From Lachnospiraceae bacterium (lineage in GTDB: Bacteria > Bacillota > Clostridia > Lachnospirales > Lachnospiraceae): 64,000 nt of DNA. Position 1 is the stretch's first letter, and every line of letters begins with the position of its first letter. The position numbers were made by a program, and so were the translations under genes. The stretch covers positions 4,279 through 68,278 of the forward strand of contig JAKSSE010000002.1 of the NCBI GenBank assembly GCA_024403255.1. Direction: 5' to 3'. Positions 7,318-16,718 of the stretch are shown here, piece by piece. Under the pieces are notes generated by a model, which saw only the letters and a program-made list of their open reading frames with translations, did no database searches and was not told the origin of the DNA.

Positions 7318-8730
7318 ATGAAGAAAAGAATTTTAGCTACATTGCTTTCTGGAGCAATGGTTGCAACACTCTTCACTGGTTGTGGCGGAAGCTCAAGTGC
7401 TCCAGCAGCTGGCGGATCAGGTGATGCAAAAGAAGAGGCAGCTGCAGGTGAAGGAGCAGCTAGCGGTGACAACGTAATCAACCTTTGGTCTTTCACCGAT
7501 GAGATTCCAGGAATGGTTGAGAAGTACATCGAGACTCATCCAGATTTCGGTTACACTGTAAACACTACAATTATTGCAACAACAGATGGTGCTTATCAGC
7601 CAGCTCTCGACCAGGCCCTTCAGGCAGGTGGCGCAGATGCTCCTGATATCTATGCAGCAGAAGGTGCATTCGTACTTAAGTATACTCAGGGTGATGCAGC
7701 AGAATATGCAGCAGCATACGAAGATTTAGGTATCGATGTTGCTTCTGAGGTAGCTGATTCTCAGATCGCACAGTACACTGTAGATATCGGAACCAGACCT
7801 TCAGATGGAAAGCTTGTAGGTCTTGGATATCAGGCTACTGGTGGTGCTTTCATCTATCGTCGTTCAATCGCTCAGGACACTTTCGGAACTGACGATCCAG
7901 CAGAGATCGCAAAGATCATCGGCGCTGGTTCAGGTTCTTGGGATAAGTTCTTCGAGGCAGCTGAGACCTTAAAGGGTAAGGGCTACGGTATCATCTCTGG
8001 TGATGGTGACTTATGGCACGCTGTAGAGAACAGCTCAGATGCAGGTTGGATCGTTGATGGCAAGCTTGTTATCGATCCTAAGAGAGAAGCATTCTTAGAC
8101 CTTTCTAAGAAGTTAAAGGACAACGATTATCATAACGATACTCAGGACTGGCAGGATGCTTGGTTCGCAGATATGAAGGGTGAAGGCCCTAAGGGAATCT
8201 TCGGTTTCTTCGGACCAGCTTGGTTAATCAACTACACCTTAGCTCCTAACTGCGGCGGCGAAGCTGTTGGCGAAGGAACTTACGGTGACTGGGCAGTTTG
8301 TGCACCTCCTATCGGTTTCTTCTGGGGCGGTACTTGGGTACTTGCTAACAAGGATACCACTAAGGCAGAGGCAGTTGGTGAGCTTATCGAGTGGATCACT
8401 CTTAACTCTACCGAGGACGGTCTTCAGTACAAGTGGGCTAACGGTACTTTGAATGGCGAAGGCGGTACAAAGGACTGCGTAGCTTCAGGTACAGTAATGG
8501 CTAACTCAAACGGTGAATTAGAGTTCTTAGCAGGCCAGAACATGTTCGATGCATTTGTTCCAGCTAACAGCTATGCAAATGGTAAGAACCTTACCCAGTA
8601 CGATGAGACAATCAACCAGTACTGGAGAGATGCAGTTCGTGGCTACACCTCAGGTGAACTTTCAAGAGACGAGGCTATCGAAAGCTTCAAGCAGAACGTT
8701 GCTGATAACCTTGATATCGTCGTAGAATAA
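7318..8730 (+). CDS. ABC transporter extracellular solute-binding lipoprotein (carbohydrate type)
   Basis: Lipobox LFTGCGG, a Gly/Ser/Ala linker, 470 aa, followed by two sugar-type permeases. SD AAGGAGG. Confidence 0.9.
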   Translation: MKKRILATLLSGAMVATLFTGCGGSSSAPAAGGSGDAKEEAAAGEGAASGDNVINLWSFTDEIPGMVEKYIETHPDFGYTVNTTIIATTDGAYQPALDQALQAGGADAPDIYAAEGAFVLKYTQGDAAEYAAAYEDLGIDVASEVADSQIAQYTVDIGTRPSDGKLVGLGYQATGGAFIYRRSIAQDTFGTDDPAEIAKIIGAGSGSWDKFFEAAETLKGKGYGIISGDGDLWHAVENSSDAGWIVDGKLVIDPKREAFLDLSKKLKDNDYHNDTQDWQDAWFADMKGEGPKGIFGFFGPAWLINYTLAPNCGGEAVGEGTYGDWAVCAPPIGFFWGGTWVLANKDTTKAEAVGELIEWITLNSTEDGLQYKWANGTLNGEGGTKDCVASGTVMANSNGELEFLAGQNMFDAFVPANSYANGKNLTQYDETINQYWRDAVRGYTSGELSRDEAIESFKQNVADNLDIVVE

Positions 8731-8768
8731 TTTGAACAATTATAGTTTAGAATAGTTCAAAAATTAAG

Positions 8769-8796
8769 AGGGGCGATGATTCTCTTCATCGCCCCT
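8769..8796 (+). terminator. intra-operon hairpin (partial terminator or mRNA stabiliser) after the binding-protein gene
   Basis: GAGGGGCGATGA-ttctc-TTCATCGCCCCT with only a weak T-tract. Confidence 0.4.
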
Positions 8797-8879
8797 ATAT
8801 TTATCTAAAAAGTCATTTAAATCAAACTAAAAAATCGTTAAAATTAAAAGAAGGAAACTATAATTGGGAGGATGGCTAA

Positions 8880-9857
8880 ATGAAGAAGAAAAAAATCTCA
8901 TATGCTAAATATGGATATATTTTCAGCTTGCCATTTGTGATTACATTTTGCATTTTTACCTTATATCCAATCATTTTCACAGTAATCCTTGGATTCACTG
9001 ATTTTAAGGGATTAGGAAACGTCACATGGCATTTTTTGGATAATCCATTTCAGAATTTCGAAGCGATTCTTACTGCACCGACATTTAAGACCGCTTTGGG
9101 AAATACATTTATGATTTGGGGATGGAACTTCCTGCCTCAGATTTTACTCGCTTTATTATTAGCAGCAATTTTTACCAACGTTAGAAATAAGGTAAAAGGA
9201 CAGGGCTTTTTCAAGGTTGTATTCTATATGCCAAATATCATCACAGCAGCAACCGTTGCAATCTTATTTGGCGCATTGTTCGGATACCCAATGGGACCTA
9301 TGAACGATCTTTTCACAACCATGGGATGGTCAGACGCACCTATCCACTTCTTACAGAACAAGTGGATTGCCAGAGGTGTTGTATCATTTATCCAGTTCTG
9401 GATGTGGTATGGTTACACAATGATTGTGCTTATATCAGGTATTTTGGGAATTAACCCAGAATTATATGAAGCAGCTGACATTGACGGAGCAACTACTGTA
9501 CAGCAGTTCTTCTATGTAACAATTCCAAACTTACGTACAGTTTTGATTTATACATTGGTAACAAGTTTAATTGGTGGTTTGACAATGTTCGATATTCCTA
9601 ACTTGCTTGTTACAAAGAGTGGTCCTAACAATGCAACTCTTACAACCAGTGTATTCATTTATAATCAGGCATTTAGTGGAAGCTACATGTATAATAGAGC
9701 ATCTGCAGCAAGTATTATCATGTTTGTACTTATCTCAATTCTTTCAGCAATAGTATTCATGCTTATGCAGGATAAGAGTGAGGTAGCAGAGAAGAAAGAA
9801 CTTAAGCGTATCGAAAAGGAAATGAAGCAGGCAGCTAAGAAAGGAGGCACATTATAA
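8880..9857 (+). CDS. carbohydrate ABC transporter permease (MalF/UgpA-like)
   Basis: Multi-TM protein with an EAA-like loop (ELYEAADIDGATTVQQFFYVTIPNL). Confidence 0.9.
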   Translation: MKKKKISYAKYGYIFSLPFVITFCIFTLYPIIFTVILGFTDFKGLGNVTWHFLDNPFQNFEAILTAPTFKTALGNTFMIWGWNFLPQILLALLLAAIFTNVRNKVKGQGFFKVVFYMPNIITAATVAILFGALFGYPMGPMNDLFTTMGWSDAPIHFLQNKWIARGVVSFIQFWMWYGYTMIVLISGILGINPELYEAADIDGATTVQQFFYVTIPNLRTVLIYTLVTSLIGGLTMFDIPNLLVTKSGPNNATLTTSVFIYNQAFSGSYMYNRASAASIIMFVLISILSAIVFMLMQDKSEVAEKKELKRIEKEMKQAAKKGGTL

Positions 9858-10705
9858 TGAATAAAAAAGTTAGAAGAGCTAACCCGGTTGTCATGACAAT
9901 CATTTATATTTTGTGCATTATCTTAGCGATTATGAGCGTTATGCCTTTCGTTATCATGATCATCAACTCTACAAGAAGTACAACTGAAATTCAGCAGCAT
10001 GCTATTTCATTGATTCCTTCAACATATTTAATGAAAAACTTTGCGGTATTAACCGGTAAGAGTTTCAATCCAGTTAAAGGTTTTATTAACTCTATTATAG
10101 TTGCTACAGGCGCTACAGCTTGTACAGTATATTTCTCAACTCTTACTGCTTACGCATTAGTAGTTTACAAGTGGAAGCTTCGTGATGGATTCTTCACCTT
10201 CATTATGGCGGTTATGATGATTCCTTCACAGGTTGTTAGTATAGGTTTCTATCAGTTTATGTATAAGATTCACTTAACAAACAACTTCCTTCCTCTTATT
10301 TTACCTGCAATTGCGGCTCCAACTGTTGTTTTCTTCATGCGACAGTTCATGTTGCCATCATTGCACATTGATATCATTAATTCGGCTAGAATTGATGGTG
10401 CAAAAGAATTCTATACTTTTAATAGAATCGTTCTTCCAATTATGAAGCCAGCAATCGCTACCCAGGCAATTTTCGCTTTTGTAACTAGCTGGAACAGATT
10501 GTTTGAGCCAATGATTCTTCTTACCAAGCAGGAACTTTATACCATGCCAATGATGGTTAGTTTGCTTAAAGGTGATATCTATAAGACAGAATTTGGTTCA
10601 ATTTACCTTGGATTAACACTTACTGTATTGCCACTGTTTATCGTATACTTCTTACTTTCTAAGTATATTATTGCAGGTGTAGCTCTTGGTGGTGTTAAGG
10701 GTTAA
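9857..10705 (+). CDS. carbohydrate ABC transporter permease (MalG/UgpE-like)
   Basis: Multi-TM protein with an EAA-like loop (INSARIDGAKEFYTFNRIVLPIMKP). Its start overlaps the upstream stop (TAATG). Confidence 0.9.
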   Translation: MNKKVRRANPVVMTIIYILCIILAIMSVMPFVIMIINSTRSTTEIQQHAISLIPSTYLMKNFAVLTGKSFNPVKGFINSIIVATGATACTVYFSTLTAYALVVYKWKLRDGFFTFIMAVMMIPSQVVSIGFYQFMYKIHLTNNFLPLILPAIAAPTVVFFMRQFMLPSLHIDIINSARIDGAKEFYTFNRIVLPIMKPAIATQAIFAFVTSWNRLFEPMILLTKQELYTMPMMVSLLKGDIYKTEFGSIYLGLTLTVLPLFIVYFLLSKYIIAGVALGGVKG

Positions 10706-10711
10706 AACTCA

Positions 10712-11347
10712 ATGAATGACATATTTAGCATGGACAATGCCTTCTTCCGATTTGTAGGAAAGGTAACAGATTTAGTTTGGTTGAATATTTTGACACTTAT
10801 TTGCTGTATCCCCATCTTTACGATGGGGGCAGCCATAAGTGCTATGTATCACGTACTGATTAAGATGGTCCTTCGTGAAGAAGGTTCTGTGACCAAACCT
10901 TTTTTTAAGGAATTCAAAGGTAATTTCAAAAAAGCCACTATGGTTTGGGTTCCTGCTCTTTTGGTTCTGCTGGCTATGTTTGGTAATATTTACCTGATTT
11001 ATCAGGGAATACTTGATCCTTATCCTAAGCTTAGAATTGTAGCTGGGGTGAGTATAGGGATTATTGCGGGTGCGATAATAATATTTTTAAATTATTATTT
11101 TGCGCTTTTAGCAAGATATGAAAATGAAGTAAAGCAAGTCATGAAAAACGCTTTGCTGATGATGATGGCTTATTTACCAAGATCACTTTGTATATTGGCC
11201 ATACTACTTTTTCCGTTAGCACTGATGACGCTATCAGACTACTTTCTTATTTTTTGGTTCATCTATGGACTGAGTTTCCCGGGATACGTTAATGCAATGA
11301 TGCTGGGAGGATTGTTCACAAAGACAGAAGAGGCGAGCTCTAATTGA
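10712..11347 (+). CDS. YesL family (DUF624) membrane protein
   Basis: The N-terminus FFRFVGKVTDLVWLNILTLICCIPIFTMGAA is typical of YesL. Its position in a sugar ABC operon fits. Confidence 0.7.
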   Translation: MNDIFSMDNAFFRFVGKVTDLVWLNILTLICCIPIFTMGAAISAMYHVLIKMVLREEGSVTKPFFKEFKGNFKKATMVWVPALLVLLAMFGNIYLIYQGILDPYPKLRIVAGVSIGIIAGAIIIFLNYYFALLARYENEVKQVMKNALLMMMAYLPRSLCILAILLFPLALMTLSDYFLIFWFIYGLSFPGYVNAMMLGGLFTKTEEASSN

Positions 11348-11826
11348 ATTTTGAACAGTTTAAAAAGTTACCCTTTTTAAAGAAAATAGAATGGATTGCA
11401 CAATATTATGGAGTGTGGATTATTGTTTCGATTGTTGCCATTTTTGTGGCGATAAGTTTAGTTCGTTCCGTTTTCTTTCCGAAACCGATTAGTGATGTGT
11501 GTATTTTGATCTTAAGCGACGATCATACGCGTGATGAAATTCCGGAGCTTGAAGATGAAATTGCAGCAGCTACTGGCGGCAGTGCCAGTGTTGAAATATA
11601 TAATGTTTCGGAAGCATATGGAGATAGTGCTTATACGATAAAGCTATTGTCTGATCAATTGGATTTGGTTATTGCCCCAAAAGAACAGACGGATTCCATG
11701 ATGGAAAGTGGTTATCTTGTAAGTGCTGAAAAGATGAAAAACGAAGATTTATATCTGGGGATTCCCGAGAGAGCAAGAAATGGGGAAATCCTGGATAAGA
11801 CTATAGATTATTTTAAAGCGAGGTAG
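11344..11826 (+). CDS. hypothetical membrane-anchored protein
   Basis: TTG start overlapping the upstream TGA. One N-terminal TM helix. No family recognised. Confidence 0.45.
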   Translation: MNFEQFKKLPFLKKIEWIAQYYGVWIIVSIVAIFVAISLVRSVFFPKPISDVCILILSDDHTRDEIPELEDEIAAATGGSASVEIYNVSEAYGDSAYTIKLLSDQLDLVIAPKEQTDSMMESGYLVSAEKMKNEDLYLGIPERARNGEILDKTIDYFKAR

Positions 11827-11830
11827 AGAA

Positions 11831-13996
11831 ATGACAAGAGAAGAAGCATGCGCTAAGGCAGAAGCGTTGGTTGATCAGATGACTGTCGAAGAGATGGCAT
11901 CTCAGCTTCGATATGATGCTTCGGCCATCGAAAGATTAAATGTGCCAGAATACAACTGGTGGAATGAAGGCCTTCACGGAGTGGCAAGAGCTGGTGTGGG
12001 AACAGTATTTCCTCAGGCAATAGGCTTGGCTGCTACTTTTGATGAGGATACAGTTGGCCAGGTTGCAGATGTCATTTCGACAGAGGCTCGTGCTAAGTAT
12101 AATGTTTATTCAAAAGAAGAAGATCGTGATATTTATAAGGGCCTTACACTTTGGTCTCCTAACGTAAATATTTTCCGTGATCCAAGATGGGGACGTGGGC
12201 ACGAAACATATGGAGAGGACCCTTATCTTACATCAAGACTTGGCGTTGCATTTGTAAAGGGATTACAGGGTGATAAAGATGTACTTAAGACAGCTGCCTG
12301 TGCTAAGCATTTTGCAGTACATTCCGGTCCTGAGGCTGATCGTCATCATTTTAATGCAACCTGTAACAAGAAAGATATGAGAGAAACCTATCTGCCAGCA
12401 TTTGAGGCTTGCGTAAAAGAAGCCAATGTTGAAGCGGTTATGGGTGCGTACAATAGAACCAATGGCGAACCATGTTGTGCTCATACTGAGCTTATGGTTG
12501 ATATTCTTCGCGGTGAGTGGGGTTTTGAAGGCCATTATGTTTCTGACTGCTGGGCTGTAAAAGATTTCCATGAGAATCATATGGTTACAAAGAATCCACG
12601 CGAGTCTGCAGCATTGGCAATTGAAAAAGGCTGTGATGTAAACTGTGGTTCAACTTACCTTTGCCTTGTTCAGGCATATAAAGAAAAGCTTGTGACAAAA
12701 GAACAGATTCGCACTGCTGCAGTTCGCTTGTTTACAACAAGATTTTTATTAGGCGAATTTGATGGTTCAGAGTACGATCAGATTCCATTTAGTGAAGTAG
12801 AGAGTAAAGAACATATAGCTCTTTCGAAGAGCGTTGCAGAAAAGAGTATGGTTCTTTTGAAAAATGATGGTTTATTACCATTAGATGAGAACAAACTTAA
12901 GTCTATTGCTGTGATTGGTCCAAATGCAAATAGTAGAGCAGCCCTGATTGGAAATTATCATGGAACTGCATCGCGCTATATTACTGTTTCAGAAGGTATT
13001 CAGGATTATTTAGAAGATACTGATGTAAGAGTTTACTATTCAGAGGGATGCCATTTGTTTAAGGATCGCGTTGAGCCACTTGCAAAGGCAGATGACCGTG
13101 TTGCGGAGGCAGTTGGAATAGCGAAGCTTTCAGATGTTATCGTTCTTTGTGTTGGATTGGATGAAACCTTGGAAGGAGAAGAAGGCGATACTGGCAACAG
13201 TTATGCTTCAGGAGACAAGGAGTCTTTACTTCTTCCAGAAAGCCAGATTCATCTTATTGATGCCTTAAAGAAGCTTGGTAAACCAATAGTATTATTGAAT
13301 ATGACCGGTTCTGCTATGGATTTGTCTTATGCTAGAGATGACAAGAACATTGGAGCTATTTTGCAGACCTGGTATCCTGGTGCTCAGGGCGGTAAGGCTA
13401 TAGCAGATATGCTTTTTGGAAAAGTATCTCCATCTGGTAAATTGCCTGTTACTTTCTATGAGAGTTTAGAAGAACTTCCTGATTTTAAGGATTATTCAAT
13501 GAAGGGAAGAACCTACAGATACATGGAAAATAAGGCTCAGTATCCGTTTGGTTATGGTCTTACTTATTCGAAGACTGAAATGGTTTCTGCAAAACTTGCA
13601 GATGAAGCAGCGCTTGTTGAGACTTTGCGTAATGCAAAGAATTCAATTTCTGACAGCGGGGTGCTTGATGCCTGGTATGATGTTGAAGTAGCACTTAAGA
13701 ATACAGGTGCTATGGATACCGATGAAGTGGTACAGGTATATGTTAAGGATCAAAAGTCAGATTTAGCAGTACGCAACCATTCACTTTGTGGTATTGCCAG
13801 AGTATCATGCAAAAAGGGAGAGACTGTTACCTGTAAGGTGCGCATTCCAGCAAAAGCTTTTCTGGTATATGATGAAGATGGTAATCGTAAGATGGATTCT
13901 GATAAATTTACACTTTTTGTCGGAGTGAGCCAGCCTGATGAAGTGAGTGTAGCTCTTGGTGGAGTAAAGCCAATCGAGATAGAAATTAATCTTTAA
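11831..13996 (+). CDS. glycoside hydrolase family 3 (beta-glucosidase / beta-xylosidase type)
   Basis: 721 aa. GH3 hallmarks: WNEGLHG, NIFRDPRWGRGHETYGEDP, KHFAVHSGPE and the nucleophile region YVSDCWAV. Confidence 0.9.
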   Translation: MTREEACAKAEALVDQMTVEEMASQLRYDASAIERLNVPEYNWWNEGLHGVARAGVGTVFPQAIGLAATFDEDTVGQVADVISTEARAKYNVYSKEEDRDIYKGLTLWSPNVNIFRDPRWGRGHETYGEDPYLTSRLGVAFVKGLQGDKDVLKTAACAKHFAVHSGPEADRHHFNATCNKKDMRETYLPAFEACVKEANVEAVMGAYNRTNGEPCCAHTELMVDILRGEWGFEGHYVSDCWAVKDFHENHMVTKNPRESAALAIEKGCDVNCGSTYLCLVQAYKEKLVTKEQIRTAAVRLFTTRFLLGEFDGSEYDQIPFSEVESKEHIALSKSVAEKSMVLLKNDGLLPLDENKLKSIAVIGPNANSRAALIGNYHGTASRYITVSEGIQDYLEDTDVRVYYSEGCHLFKDRVEPLAKADDRVAEAVGIAKLSDVIVLCVGLDETLEGEEGDTGNSYASGDKESLLLPESQIHLIDALKKLGKPIVLLNMTGSAMDLSYARDDKNIGAILQTWYPGAQGGKAIADMLFGKVSPSGKLPVTFYESLEELPDFKDYSMKGRTYRYMENKAQYPFGYGLTYSKTEMVSAKLADEAALVETLRNAKNSISDSGVLDAWYDVEVALKNTGAMDTDEVVQVYVKDQKSDLAVRNHSLCGIARVSCKKGETVTCKVRIPAKAFLVYDEDGNRKMDSDKFTLFVGVSQPDEVSVALGGVKPIEIEINL

Positions 13997-14000
13997 TATA

Positions 14001-14034
14001 AAGGCCCTGGAACAAAAGTTTCAGGGCCTTTTTT
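14001..14034 (+). terminator. intrinsic terminator
   Basis: AAGGCCCTG ... CAGGGCCTT hairpin followed by TTTT. Confidence 0.8.
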
Positions 14035-14127
14035 AAAATTTGAAGAAAAAGACGAACTTAACATTTGACACTGTTTTTCCTGTAGGATAAAATTTACTTT
14101 ACAGATATAATTCTAGGGGGATTAATA

Positions 14128-15429
14128 ATGTTTACACAATTATTTGGAAAGTATCTTGTTGAAGAAAATATCATTTCAAATGAAGAAAACAGAAAACTTC
14201 ATGATCAGATGAATCAGACAAGAGTAAAGCTTGGAACTATTGCTGTAGCAGATGGAATTCTTACTGAAAATCAGGTTGAAGAGATAAATCATTTGCAGAC
14301 CCAGCAGGACAAAAGATTTGGCGACATTGCAATTGAGCTTTCATATTTAACAGATAAGCAGCTTGATGAAATGCTTTCTAAGCAGGGCAATATGGCCATG
14401 AAGTTCTATCAGCTTCTTAACGAAGAAAAGAATATTTCTATGGCAGATGTTGAAGCTCATGCCAAGGGGTTTCAGGATAAATATGGTTTTACTGATAAGG
14501 AATTTGAAGCGATTAAAGCAGATGATTATGCGACGCTTATTTCATGTTTTGCCGTTGTACGCGACAAGTTGATATCAGACCTTGCGGGTCTTGTTATGAG
14601 AAACCTTACCAGATTTGTTACCAGCGATTTCTATTTTGGCAGAATGAAGAAGGCTACTGGGTATAGCTATAGTAATCTTGCTGGACAGCGTGCAATCGGA
14701 GAAAATGCTATCTATCTTGGCTTTGCAACCACAGATAATCTTGATGGTATTGTCGAGCTTGCCAAAGGATATGCAAGAGGCGTTACCATCAGTGGAAGTG
14801 ACGAAGTTTACGATGCAGTGTGCGAGTTCTCGAACTTAAATAACGGTCTTTTGTCATCTGAGCTTAGCAAGTATGATGAGTTTTCGGACATGAATCCACC
14901 TCAGGTGTTCCTTGGTCAGAGTATTAAAGGCACTGCATATGTAATGCCAATCTATATCCATGATAAGCATGTTGATATGGTTATTTCTACAGATCCTGAT
15001 TTTGAGCCAGGTGAAAATGAACATAAGCTCAAGATTGCAAAGAGCGAAATTCAGGAGAACATTGCTGCTGATGCAAAGAAGATTATGATTGTCGATGATT
15101 CTTCTCTTATCAGAAAGATGTTAAGACAGCTGCTCGAGAAAAATGGATATGCTGTTGTTGCAGAGGCTGTAAATGGACAGGAAGCTGTAGATATCTATCC
15201 TGATGTTAAGCCGGATTTGGTAACTCTTGATATTACTATGCCGGTTCTTGATGGCGTTGAAGCACTTAAGAAAATCAAGGGAATTGATAAGGATGCAAAG
15301 GCGATAATGGTTACGGCAGCAGGTCAGCAGGACAGGGTCGTAGATGCGATAAAGAATGGTGCGGCAGCATTTGTTACTAAGCCATTTGATGAAAATGATT
15401 TATTAAAGAATCTGGAACAGAATTTATAA
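14128..15429 (+). CDS. CheX/CheC-like domain plus CheY-like receiver protein with N-terminal MshEN-like repeats
   Basis: C-terminal receiver (IMIVDDSSLIRK ... DLVTLDITMP ... MVTAAG ... FVTKPF). The central DAVCEFSN...PP fits the CheC/CheX D-x3-E-x2-N-x(~22)-P motif. The N-terminus carries three 24-residue repeats with a 29-residue period. Confidence 0.8.
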   Translation: MFTQLFGKYLVEENIISNEENRKLHDQMNQTRVKLGTIAVADGILTENQVEEINHLQTQQDKRFGDIAIELSYLTDKQLDEMLSKQGNMAMKFYQLLNEEKNISMADVEAHAKGFQDKYGFTDKEFEAIKADDYATLISCFAVVRDKLISDLAGLVMRNLTRFVTSDFYFGRMKKATGYSYSNLAGQRAIGENAIYLGFATTDNLDGIVELAKGYARGVTISGSDEVYDAVCEFSNLNNGLLSSELSKYDEFSDMNPPQVFLGQSIKGTAYVMPIYIHDKHVDMVISTDPDFEPGENEHKLKIAKSEIQENIAADAKKIMIVDDSSLIRKMLRQLLEKNGYAVVAEAVNGQEAVDIYPDVKPDLVTLDITMPVLDGVEALKKIKGIDKDAKAIMVTAAGQQDRVVDAIKNGAAAFVTKPFDENDLLKNLEQNL

Positions 15430-15449
15430 TATTATAAGAAATAAAAGTG

Positions 15450-15480
15450 CAGCACCGTCAGTTGACGGTGCTGTATTCTT
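15450..15480 (+). terminator. intrinsic terminator overlapping the 3' end of the convergent XRE gene
   Basis: CAGCACCGTCA-gt-TGACGGTGCTG followed by TATTCTTTT. Confidence 0.65.
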
Positions 15481-16018
15481 TTGCTTGTTGTTCTACGGCA
15501 TTTTTTGCAGTTGCTATTGCGGCATTAAGATAATCGAGATTTGGTTGTATATTATCGGGACGGGCTAACGAGCCGGTCCTTTTTGCTATCTCGTAATTTG
15601 TTGCTACTAACTGACCGTGCGCTATTCTGTCTTTCATTGGAGTTTGAAGGTGCGCGGTAATCATTTGCATGACGGCACGTGGTGAGCTGCCATGATTTCC
15701 GAAAAACAAATACATTAATTGACGCACTCCATCTGCTGGCAAATCATTGATAAGCTGCATAAGGGAAGCCAGAATTTTAGCGTCATTGTCTTTTGGTGAT
15801 ATTTTGTCCATATCTGGATATGCGCATTGCAAAAGATATGGAATGGGATTTTTGTTGCATAGTTTGAACCAGTTGATGGTTTGCGATGTAGAAGGCTCGG
15901 AAATGCCGTTCTCCCAGTTTAATATGGTCCTTCGTGTGACTCCGAGCTCATATGCCATATATTCCTGCGATTTTCCTGATTCATTTCGGGCTATACGCAA
16001 TGATTCTGCAATTGTCAT
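15458..16018 (-). CDS. XRE family helix-turn-helix transcriptional regulator
   Basis: The N-terminus LRIARNESGKSQEYMAYELGVTRRTILNWENG is a classic Cro/C1 HTH. Start set behind GGAGGTG. Confidence 0.8.
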   Translation of the reverse strand: MTIAESLRIARNESGKSQEYMAYELGVTRRTILNWENGISEPSTSQTINWFKLCNKNPIPYLLQCAYPDMDKISPKDNDAKILASLMQLINDLPADGVRQLMYLFFGNHGSSPRAVMQMITAHLQTPMKDRIAHGQLVATNYEIAKRTGSLARPDNIQPNLDYLNAAIATAKNAVEQQAKEYSTVN

Positions 16019-16214
16019 ATCATCACCTCCTTTTTGCATCATAACACATCATGAAAAAATATTCTCACAAAAAAACAAATAAGTTATAAATGGGAAAAAT
16101 GTTTCTCTTTTTTGGAGCAAAGTTGTGCAGTTTGGGGTACTGATAATTGTCGCTGGTATCAATATTATTAGGGTACGTTACTAAATGTTATTTTTTAATG
16201 AAAGGGGTAACAGT

Positions 16215-16697
16215 ATGAGAAAAATAAGTGTAGGTACATTAATACTTTCTTTGTGTATACCGTTGTTGATTGGTGCGATATCCGCTGCTTTATCCAGACG
16301 AGGGATGGCTACTTACGCGGGAATGCCTAAACCACCATTGTCTCCTCCAGCGTGGGCATTTTCGGTGGCATGGACCATCTTATATATCATGATGGGATTG
16401 GCGTCATATTTTATTCTTGTTTCAGAGAGTGATGCACGTGCCAAGACTATGGCGATGGTTATTTATTCTATGCAACTGGCGATGAACTTTATGTGGTCGA
16501 TTTTGTTTTTTACCTGTGGCCTTTATCTTTTTGCTTTTATATGGCTGATGATAATGTGGGCGATGGTAATCGTTTGTGCATTTAGATTTTATAGCATTAA
16601 CAGGACGGCAGCGTATCTTATGATCCCGTACATTTTATGGCTGACGTTTGCAGCGTATCTGAATATGGGAGCATATGTATTAAAACTTAGAGCATAA
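16215..16697 (+). CDS. tspO: TspO/MBR family tryptophan-rich sensory protein
   Basis: Five TM helices and a KPPLSPPAWAFSVAWTILYIMMG signature. About 160 aa. Confidence 0.85.
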   Translation: MRKISVGTLILSLCIPLLIGAISAALSRRGMATYAGMPKPPLSPPAWAFSVAWTILYIMMGLASYFILVSESDARAKTMAMVIYSMQLAMNFMWSILFFTCGLYLFAFIWLMIMWAMVIVCAFRFYSINRTAAYLMIPYILWLTFAAYLNMGAYVLKLRA

Positions 16698-16718
16698 TTG
16701 CTGGAAAGAGAGGTCTTT

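Noticed and set aside
7318-8730. Noticeably higher GC and C-ending codon bias in the solute-binding protein gene compared with its neighbours, considered as a sign of horizontal transfer
   Set aside because: The same bias is seen in atpE and the ferredoxin gene, which fits translational selection in highly expressed genes. The flanking permeases are contiguous and operonic.
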